NCBI GenBank assembly: GCA_900617105.1
Contig: UYFQ01000397.1
Coordinates: 1 to 59,241, forward strand
Direction of reading: 5' to 3'
Source of the DNA: Hydrurus foetidus
Lineage: Eukaryota
Length of the DNA stretch: 59,241 nucleotides
Within the stretch, counting starts at the first letter, position 1. Each line of letters begins with the position of its first letter. The notes under the pieces were generated by a model that was not told the DNA's origin, ran no database searches, and saw only the letters and a list, made by a program, of their open reading frames with translations. Position numbers and translations under genes: made by a program. Shown here piece by piece: positions 35,933 through 46,284 of this stretch.

Positions 35933-36232
35933 ATGGCACAGGATCAAGTACTCGGGAAAATAGCGGTTATGTATAGCGAGATGACAGAGGCTGACCAAGG
36001 AATTGTTGTAGAGATCGCTTCAAACGCACTCAGAGCACAGGAGAAGAGCGATAGGACAATCCACAATAAAGATGTCGCGCAGATGGTGAAACAGGATCTT
36101 GACAACCAAAAAGGTGGAACATGGAATGTTATTTGTGGTCGTTCGTATGGATCATTCGTGACCCATGAAACAAAAACAATGACTCATTTCATGATTGGAA
36201 ACATCGCATTTTTGATATGGCGTCATGGCTAA
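35933..36232 (+). CDS. Dynein light chain, LC8 family paralogue
   Basis: 99 aa with KDVAQMVKQDLD...GTWNVICGRSYGSFVTHET...FLIWRHG. Confidence 0.92.
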   Translation: MAQDQVLGKIAVMYSEMTEADQGIVVEIASNALRAQEKSDRTIHNKDVAQMVKQDLDNQKGGTWNVICGRSYGSFVTHETKTMTHFMIGNIAFLIWRHG

Positions 36233-36381
36233 GAGGTGTCTTCGACTAAATTGAGTTGCGCTTGTGTTTAATCGCTGGCATTTATCGGCATGTTTCGTGG
36301 ACTATTTCCCAATCGAGGATGAGTCTCGTCCATATCGATGAATTGAGGACGCGATATTCACTTTCTACCTGGGACGATGCA

Positions 36382-38213
36382 TCACCATGACTCGTAGAAT
36401 TTTTTGTTACAGTAGTGACTGCCATGCTCCAAGTAATCTTTCCTCGACACCATTTCATTCTGCTGACTTTGGAACTCTGCACCTCTTTTCACGAAACTTT
36501 CCATCCCGCGGAAGGCATAGTCATCAGGAGCCTTAGGTGCGTAGACCTATAAGAATTGAATTTTCAGAAATTGGGATAAAATCAATTTCTAGGCAGGGGG
36601 ATTGTTGTGGCAGCTTTTTAGAACTCACATTTATTGCGAAAATATCGGGTATCATAGGTCGAATTTCACTCAGAAATCTTCTTTCAAAGTTTGGGAACAT
36701 GACATTTCCTCCTGTGAGCACTAAGTTAGCAGCTGCGAGTCCCATTTCGTACTGGAAATTAATGAGTGAAAATTAAATTGAATTTTAACCTTTTTTGTGA
36801 CTTTTGGGGTTGAGCTGATGGCAGTGAATCGTGTAAGATTTTAACCTCTGGTAAGCCTTGAAGACTTTGCCAAGTTGATTCAGCGACACCCGCCTGGAGG
36901 AATTGTTATCAGATATTAAGACTTTGATTTCTACCTTTCGAGGCATGTTCCAGTTCTCGCAGCATGTACATTTTGTTCCTTGAAAATCCTCAACAATATC
37001 GGTAAGGAATAATCACAAAGGAGAGGGAGTGGTCTTTTCATTACCTGATTAATGCCAACATCGGAGGGATTGAAGAGCACTTCAGGAATAGAGAATCTCT
37101 CAGTTTCCATGGAAAGAATCTGAGAAATTTGAAAATATCACGAGAATTTAGAATTTTACAATCCTTAGGAGTGTTCGCATAACAAAAGAATTACATTTAG
37201 CGGACCTGTTGCTCAGCACCTATCGCCTCATCATCGTTTTTAGCGAAACCTTTCATGATATTTTGGTAGTCCGGCAAAGCAAAATATTTTTTAAGATTAC
37301 CTCCAAACGAGTCAATGATGAAATCTGATCCAGCTTTCCGTTTCGATTTGAGAAGTTCTTCCCGAAAATTACACGAGACGTAGCATAGATCCTCTTTCAC
37401 CTGATGCAAGACATCGTGTCCTCAGTATGACAGTGGCGTAGAATATGCGAGCCAGAATTTCCCGAGTACCTGATCAATTATTTTGAATTCGTCCATCATA
37501 TTCCACTGTCGATAGCTGACAACCTCCTTCAGGTAATTAGTAAGCAGCTTCCCACCGATGTTGACTCTTTTACACTAATTGAAAATAAGTAAGATTCAAA
37601 GAAACAATTGTTACACTCGAAGAACTGCGAGGTCTAATCTTTCGCAAGAATGAAGATATAACGTTGATTTACTTGCCGCTGATTTCTGACACTTTCCATC
37701 GACAAAAGGCATCGTATGAGTATAGGAAAATCCAGAATCCACGATTGTGCAACTTGAGGAATTCGAAATATCGACCGGAGCAGTTATTGAAAACTGATAA
37801 GCACTAAACCAAGCAGCTGGTTTACGGAGATATTCCATGAAGCAGAAATCTTCAAATACGACTTCATTGGTGTCATTCTGCAGTAGTTCTGGAGTAAATG
37901 GAGCATCTGTCAAGCAGAGGCTGCTCTCAGATGGAGAAATATTCAAGCCAGTCGGACCGAACAGCCTTGTCCAAACTTCAGTTTCGATCTGCCAATTTGT
38001 GATGTAACCTCTATCAAACGGGCGATTATACTGCAAGAGTGAACCGTTCAAGCATTCATCTACTTGATCGCCAACAAGATTATTCATTTGCTTGATGACA
38101 CGAGCTGTGCAATTTGAGTGTTTAATCTGTAGAAGATCATCGCCGTGAGTCGGATTAACGCAAGCACCTGCTTTCAACTTGCCAGCGCCATTATCTATGA
38201 TGCAAGTAACCAT
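36382..38213 (-). CDS. ARP6: Actin-related protein 6 (SWR1 complex)
   Basis: [73 protein letters not shown] and [11 protein letters not shown]. Ends [18 protein letters not shown]. Confidence 0.93.
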
Positions 38214-39287
38214 GAGAGAGGAGATATCTTACTGGTCGAAAGATGGACATGAACCAAATCTGAAAGGCACCATGACGGTTGAAGTATTTGCAACTCTCTA
38301 TAAACTTTAAACCCATCTCTCATCTCACTTCTGTTTCAGTGTCTCCGTATTCTGTATTCTGTATGCCGCAGACGTAGACACAGTCTGCTAGGTATAGCAT
38401 TTTTTGTGAAGAAAACGTCATTTCTTCAGTAAATCGACCAGAACTAAGTAATGCAAAACTAAGCTAGTCGATCCTGTGAAGCTAAGTCCGTCGATATTGA
38501 TGACCTGAATAATGATATCAAAGTAGTGTCAGAACAAAAGCTTGCGTGTAAAATAGCAGTTTTAAGGAAATCGCTTACCGTGGTAATTTGTTGGAGGAGT
38601 TTTTGTCAGAAATGCGATTTGTAGATTATTTTGTCACTGATAATGGGTCACCTATTTGGTGGTTGGCATCAGCACTTCAGTAGTCATTTTTATCTTGCAT
38701 GTAGTTTCTGTCTAATTGCTGAGATAACCTTCGGCATTTAACATCCCATCTGACCTATATTTGATTTGCAGCTATTTCATCAGGTGACTCTCTCATAACA
38801 CTCGCACTGTGATGCGATTTCAAATATTTCTCTCTTCGTTTTTCTTCTTCAACTGTTCACACTCGAAGATAAAAATTGATTCCAGTGTCTAATAAGATTT
38901 TTTACTGGTGTGACGCAGTCAAATGAGTTGTAAGAATTCTTCACATGGATTACAAGAAGAGTGTGTACTGTACAAGTTGTCAGCGCGTTGGCCGGTGTGT
39001 GTCACAGTTACTCAGTTCCATCGAAAATGTGTAGAATTCGGAGTAGCTTTGGATTGAGGACTGTATCGGCATAAGTATTCCGATGGTGTTACGTTCGATG
39101 TAAAAGGGCGCTGGGCGAAAGTGACGTCTGCCCTGACTGCATTGTGAGCATGAGTACAGTCAGTGTTCAAACGCGGAGGTCACTCAAACGCCTTAGAGGT
39201 GCGTGTGGCTCTCGATGTAGTCTCCTCGTTGCAGATGCCCTTCAGCATTAAAGGTCATGTCTTCTATTCCAGAGGAACGAGGCGTAT

Positions 39288-40375
39288 TTACGACTTGATG
39301 TCGTCAACCATCTGGTACAAGTCGTACACAGATCTCAGCTCTGTGAGGTAAGATCCGAAGTCAACTGGTAGGATTTTGGCCTCTCCTGTTGTCGGCTCGT
39401 ACACCATCGCGTGAACTGAAAGTTCAAAGAGAGAAACGGACGTAGTTCAGTATGGAGTTATTTAGGCATTTATATAATTCGCATGCATGAGAGATGACGC
39501 ACGTACCTCTGGGCTCCGCGAATTGGATGTTGGACCTGTTGAAATGTGAATTGAGATAAACTGTGTTACTTAGTGATCTAGGGGAAAATCTATTCTGGTA
39601 CAGTAAATGATCAACTTACCCCTCCTTGCCAACTAGCTGATTGGTGCTTACTCTCTTTCTCTGCACCACGGTTGTCTTGAAGATGTTCAGGCACTGAGGA
39701 TATAGTGGAATGTATGCCTCTGTGAGATGACGAAAGCGTGCAGATGTTACGTCAATCACTAACCTGTTCAACGACGTTTAGTTCAACAAGTCTTCTCTGG
39801 CGTGTTGGGACGTCCTGGATGCCATCTAGCTCCACTCTGTGGATGCGGTATGTGTCTCTGATGTTTCTCAGCCAGTTCTCAAGGGGAGCCTTGTGATCAT
39901 TTTGAGTAAGGGCGGCTTTCACACCTCCGCAATCGTAGTGTCCGCACACGATGATGTGCTTCACTTGCAAATAGTCCACACCATATTGAATCACAGACAT
40001 CACGTTGGAGTCAGTGTTGACAACCATGTTGGCAACGTTTCTGTGGACGAAGAGAGAGCCTGGTGGCTGACCAATGATCTCGTTGGCTGGCACACGGGCG
40101 TCACTGCATCCGATCCAGAGGATCTTAGGGGCGTGGCCTCTCTTGATCTCCTCGAAAAATTTAGGTTGCTCAATAACCATTCTCTTTCTCCAGGCGTAGT
40201 TGGCTGTGAGAAGTGTGTTGAGGTTCTTGTCATCCCAAGGACCGGCTCTGTTGAAGAAGTCCGTGGCGTCCGTGGACATTTTCATTTGTTGTCTCATCAT
40301 TGAGAAACCAGCATTCTCGCAGACAAGACTAAGGCAAAGAAGAATTTGAAGGCCTCTCGTGATTGAAGAGCTCAT
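39288..40375 (-). CDS. Beta-carbonic anhydrase with bipartite plastid-type leader
   Basis: Zinc motifs GCSDARVP and GHYDCGG, plus FVHRNVAN and ELNVVEQ|CLNIFKT. Four exons, ending LRSVYDLYQMVDDIKS*. Leader MSSSITRGLQILLCLSLVCENAG-FS. Confidence 0.93.
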
Positions 40376-41838
40376 GGTTCGGGCGGGAGATGAAGCGATA
40401 GCGGTCTGATGTCTCCTGCACAATTATGGCTTCCTTCCAACAAAGACTTTCCCATTTCTTCTAGTTGCAGCAGCATCCAAATAAGTTGCAGACGTTGTCG
40501 AGTTCAAGTATAGTTGCCGTAAATTTGGTATGACCCCCTTGCTACCATAGTCTAATGATGTAGCAGTCACGATGCTGCCAAGGGGTCCTTGAAGGATGCT
40601 GTAGACTAGGGGGGCCTGCTGGAACATTTCCCAGAAATGTATAATGTGCAGCTAATTTCGGGAACAAATCTTTTTATCGAGTATATTTGTCAGCAGAAGA
40701 TGATTGCTAAAACCTAAAACTGAAAACTAGTACTGAACCTGTGCCGTGAGTTAATCAACCAAATTTTTAACAGTTTTTTAAGGGTGCGATCCATTGCCGA
40801 TAAATGCAGTAAGAATCGGAGTGCGGAAAATGATGCTTCTCATATTTTTTGGGAGGTACGAGTCTTGTGTGTGGAAGACACGGAAATGAGATCGTTTTTT
40901 CTCCGTGCTGCCCAGAGAAGATTTGAGCATACTTCGAGACAAGTTCATCATAATTTGTTAAATGGAGCTGACTCATCTAGAGTAAATTTAAATCAATGTA
41001 TGATTACCTCACCTTTTGAGACTTCTCCCCTCTCGGCTGTACTTTCATCCATCACATGTGCGTACAGTACTTCTCCACTCTCCAGAGTGCATTGATGGAC
41101 GATAATCGACATTCACACATATTTCATAGCATTCCAATGCCGTCATCTTTAATATGCATCGTTTTTGCGGACATTTTTCGACATCAATTCTCTCAAAAAA
41201 CGTCCCGTTGTTTACGCTGTCCTGAAATGCAAGTTTCACGGACCGACATAGTAAAACAGGGGATTGCAGATATCTACATCATTATACTTAACAGCAGCTA
41301 TAGAACTCGTTTTGGTTTAATTTAATGAATTCTGAAGAACTGAACCGAGGCAATGTGCGATGTGTGGTACAAGCGAACAAGATCTACTGGCTAGGGGTAA
41401 ACGCATTTTCGCGCAATTGATTTGACGCAGAACCTTCTTGCAGGTATATAGCCACACAGATCATACGACTAGGCGGTCTTTTCTAATATGTACTGATATA
41501 GACGTGTACTGTATTGGAGACGTGTATAGAGGCATGGTGAGAGGTAGTGCGGTATGTCAATCTGGGAGTGGAGGGCGGTTTTGGTGCTGCATGAAGCATG
41601 GCCTAATTCAACGTGCGATCCGCTGCAGACTATCTCTATCTCAACTTGAAACAAATAAGCATCTTTTCTGCGAGTTTTTCCAACTATACGCTGTTGTGTC
41701 GCTGTGTAGAGAAGGCGAGCTAGATCTGTGCGATAAGATGAGATGAGCTGAGTTAAGATGCGTTTGAATCGCATTGCTCCATCTCAATCGACCGCTAGGC
41801 ATCATCACTTAGGCACCAGTTCCCTCCTTGCTCCTCTA

Positions 41839-44800
41839 TCAGACATCTGCAGACCCATACAGCGCTAGAGCAATCTGACTACCGAACCCTGCGGCAAAGC
41901 GCATGGCGTACTTGCACGGGTAGTCCCCCCCCTTGCTGAACTTCAAGTCGGACCCCAGGTGGGGGTCCGTGTGTTCATGCACAAAGTTAGCTATAGGAGG
42001 GACCTTCCCCGAGACGAGAACTTCACACGCAACAACGTCTTCGAAAGACACTCCCATGGGATGTCCTGTGAAGCCCTTTGTGTTGAGGATCAAGAGGTTG
42101 TGCAGTTCATCTCCAAACACCTTCCTCAGGCCGTAGATCTGTATGGGAAAAATTTGAAATGAGGTCATGAAAGAGAGATGAATGAGACAAGAAAGACCCG
42201 TCATAGAAACGAAATTAAACGCATTCAAATACGATTCGATTCGATTCGATTCGATTCGATAAAATCTGTCAGATAGATGATATTAGATGAGGTTGGACAA
42301 GATCTGTCAGGGAAACAGAATTATGTAAAACGAAATAAAATGAAAATGGGTCAGATCTGTCAGGGAGATGAGATGGGATAATATGATATGAATGAGATGA
42401 GAGAGATCAGTGGGGGAGATAGAATGTTATGAGATATGAGAGGGATGTGTAGGGTGTGAGTCTCAGATGGGTTCAGATGTAGGGACAGTACTCATTTACA
42501 TCCTCAGCTGCATGTGGTACGGTTCCTCGTTCAAAGGGACAGGGGGTTGTCAGTTTGTCTCACCTCGTTGGCAGCGCATGATGAGGAGGGAGAGGCGTGT
42601 GTCGCAGTCTCGTGTGAGAAGTAAACTCCGTGCCTCGCTATTTCTGCCCTTGAAATGCCCTGCTCTTTCTCCACAGAGGAGATGAAGCGCTCCATTTCAG
42701 AGGCGATGTGTGTGCGGTCCATAGACGCCCCGTGATAGGCAGAGTTGGAGAAAAGAGTGCCAAGTAACCGACATCGGAATGGACGGATCCAAGTCCTAAG
42801 AGTGACGTCATTGGCAAGCTCTGACGCACGTGCAATGGCGAATCTTCTTCTCGCTCCCTCCTCGCTCTCGAGAACCATTCCTATGCCCCCTGACCCCAAG
42901 ATCATCCCGCTCCTTCTCTCATCGAAGGGGATAGCGGCAAGACTCACTGACCCGCATATCGTAGCTGCTCCCAGTGCTCTGAAGCCGTTACCCAGCCAAG
43001 GCATCAGGTTATCAGATGACGCGTTGTCGCCAGCTACAACTATCATACGCTCTGCTCGTCCCACTTGAATCATGTCGTACGCAAGAGCGATGGCTTGGGT
43101 AGCGCCTGCAAAAGATAAAAACAGAACATGAATATAAAATACAGAATACAAATTTATTCGCGACTCAGATAAGATAAGACAAGATGATTGTGCCTCATAA
43201 TGAGGGCTTTCAGGCGTGCACGCGATTACCTGCACAAGCGGCATTGGTCTGCATATTCGGCCCCTTCGCTTTGACAATCTGTGCCAGTTGGGCATTGCCT
43301 AGCACGAGGACGCGGAAGAGGAATTTCCTGTCGAACTCATACTTTTTCAAAGGCGCTTCTTTGCTAACCGCCTCAACAGCTAGGGTGGATATCTCTTGCA
43401 GCGCGGCTTCAGCGTCAGGAGAGAGCTGGCCCATGGCAGACTCTAGACGGGTGCGCAGTCCTGATATGATTTCAGGTATCTGCAGCCCCTTGATAGTCTT
43501 TGTCTCGAAGAACTTTGACACCTCTTCTATGGCTGCATCCAAGGCAGGGAAGGAAGTGGCATACACTACGCCTGTGGTGTCCTGCATGGACAGTGGAAGA
43601 ACCCACCCAGAGAGCCCCTCACCCTCCCCTGTGACGATCCTAGCATCCTTCAGCGCTTCAAGACCAGCAGCGACAGCCACCTGTACAGCTCTGTCCATGG
43701 TGCTAGCTATACTCTCAGGCACGCCATAGGACGTCAAGTTGAAGTTACCGATGGTAGCGCATACTTGGATGTTCGCTTCATGGGTTTTGACGTGTATCTT
43801 AGTCTGAGTGCCGTCCGCGTTCTTTGCTAGTAGCGCAACATTCTTTTCGAGCATTGAGTCTTTCACCTCGGTGGGAATAGGACCGATGCACGTCTCCCCT
43901 GCTATTATTCTCTGTACGTTGCTGACACCCTTGGAGAAGACATCCTTTGTTCTGCCAGGGAGTGCAGCTGCTATGCCGGTCACAACGACTTTGACGTTCG
44001 GTTTACCGCTGGCCCACACCATAGTCTGATTGCGCTTGAGTCCTGGTGATGCCCCCATGATAGCTTTGCTCTCCTCAGCAGACTCAGCAAAACTCAGTCG
44101 TCTGTTTAAGTCTGTACTAACCGCTTTGAAAGTGTCGTCCTCTTCATCTGTGGCTCCTGAATCTGCGAGTAACGGTCCACCGATGAACCGTACATCGTCT
44201 AAAGGCTTTCTAAAGTAAATTCTCTCATACTCGGCATTTATCTCCTCTAAATAATAGGTACCAGGGTACATATTCTCTATCGAAAACACTGGGGAGTAAG
44301 GCACACTGAGGGAAGATTTTTCTCTTACACTGAGAGCTACTGTCAAGTCGGATGGGTTGTGCTTCTCTCGACTTGCTAGACGGGTTCTAATATCCAGAGC
44401 TTTCTGCATGCGGAGCAATGTAAAGGCAGAACTGCTGGCAGACCCATGAGCAGTAGGCATGATGCTCAGCATGGACGCCATGGCACCAGAACCGTATGAG
44501 AACAGTGTGACTGTTTTGCCGTCAAGTTTCGCGCCTTCTGAGGATACTAAGCAAGCAAGATTCATGTAGACAGAGGCTGTGTAGGTGTTGCCGATACATT
44601 TTGATATTTCACATCCAGTGGCCACTTTCTCCTGGTAGAGAGGCATCGCTATGTCGCGCAGTTTAATCTCCAGTTCTTTGTCCTCATACGTTTCATCTAG
44701 AGGCAAGTCGAGCCATTTCGCGTAATCGCCCTTCGTGTCTGCTAACCGGCCAGCAGCTATGTCAAGGTATGCGAGGCGTGCGAACGATTTTTGAACTAAC

Positions 44801-45561
44801 TTGTTGTACGGCGAATGGAATAGAAAGTGATCAGTCGATGATACGCTGCAGTTTTTGTCACGTATTGCCTTCTGCTTCACTATAAATCGAGTGTAGCAAT
44901 CGTCAAGAGCTTGCAAGTAACATGTCTGAGAAAGGGCGCCATTAACTTCAGGATACTCAGAGGACATTTTTGGCTTGAAGAAATCCCATACATTTGTCGC
45001 ATGCGTTGTTCTTGCTTTTAGGTCAATCCTGAGAGGAGCATTTCTACCTACGAGCATCGCAACAGCTCCGCATCCTCCAGTGGGTCTAGCAGGTCCATCG
45101 GCATACACGGCAATATCAGCGGCTACCACTATGGCAAATCGACCATCCCAGCTTGTGCTATCCACCCAAGTGAGGGCATTCAGTAGTGCTGCGGTCCCAC
45201 CATAACACGCATTAATTACGGTGACGCCTTCGATATCAGTGTTTCCTGATCCCTCGAACAGGCTCATCAGTACTGTCTTCGTTGATTTACTTTTGTCAAC
45301 AAGCGACTCTGTCCCCACCTCGAGTCTGCCAATGCTGCTCGTAGATATCTCGTACTTCTCTAAAAGCGATTGTACCACTGTTAAGGAGATTGAGTTGACG
45401 TCCTCTCTGTCCCCACAGTAAGACATTGCATCTTGACCCAGACCTAGCGTGTACTTCCCTTTTGAAGCATGATTGGCAACTTCAAGCTCAGTCTGAGCGA
45501 TAAATGAGCTCGGAAAGTAGACCTCCATCGCCAGAATCCCAACATTGTTCTCCACACTCAT
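41839..45561 (-). CDS. HMG-CoA synthase / beta-ketoacyl synthase fusion protein (~1057 aa)
   Basis: Exons 45561-43230, 43105-42564 and 42138-41839 sum to 3174 nt in frame. HMGS motifs: LEVGTES, NACYGGT, FHSPY, IGNTYTAS, FSYGSG. KS motifs: VVVTGI, GPNMQTNAAC|AGATQAI, PFDERRSG..LGSG, SHETAT, TKGFTGHPMG, GFGSQ. Confidence 0.92.
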
Positions 45562-45816
45562 CTTCTCAATTGAAACTAGCTCTCCTTGAGTGTTGCTTTC
45601 TTGCTATCAAGACGATAGAGTTTGCCCTGCAGCAAAAATTTGACGAGATAAGTAACAAAGATGCACCGCAGCTGAACTCCACTGTAGTCGAGGAGAAATT
45701 TTGCATCTGTTATGGAAAGTTGGAGAGTTCCCAGCAGTGCTGTGCTGCCAATTCGAATTGCCAATATACGGTATACGAATACCGTAGAAACCTGAAACCG
45801 GTTCCGTGCCGGCTCT

Positions 45817-46182
45817 TGTTGCGAATTCCGTATTCCGCAACCGCGTCGTGAACAGCTTCACGTACGAAGTGTCTAGTACGAGAACCGCGCAAATCCCGTG
45901 AAATGAAAGAGGTACAGTTTTCAATCAGTCGATAATTTAACTTGTGACTGACATCCCTGTTTGCCAGCCACGAAGCTTACAGCGCCACCTATCTACGCTA
46001 CTCTAGAAGGAAGAAAACAGAACATCAATGAACGAGTGGTGTAACGCGCATGAAACACTTTTCATGCCGAACTGTAATGCCCCATACAACCGTATAGTGC
46101 ATCACACACACACACACACAACAATGACCGAACGGTCCTACATACTACAAAGAGCAGTTCACCACAGAACGAAACTCCAACA
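45817..46182 (-). repeat. 3' LTR of the copia element
   Basis: Appears identical to 51192-51557, including the length of the (CA)n tract. It is preceded on - by a short purine tract (TAGGGGTG). Confidence 0.97.
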
Positions 46183-46284
46183 CACCCCTAGGATGGAGGC
46201 CGTTAGAAACACAATGCGCGTAATATAACATGACATGATAATGTGATTGTAACTAAGCTAAACAGACAAACAAATTCCCTTTTC

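Noticed and set aside
40732..41346. Possible MITE bounded by ACTGAACC direct repeats
   Set aside because: No convincing terminal inverted repeats, and the 8-bp match could be chance.
39288..45561. Biosynthetic gene cluster around HMGS-KS
   Set aside because: No ACP, acyltransferase or enoyl-CoA hydratase genes lie nearby. The adjacent beta-CA appears plastid-targeted while the fusion has no leader.
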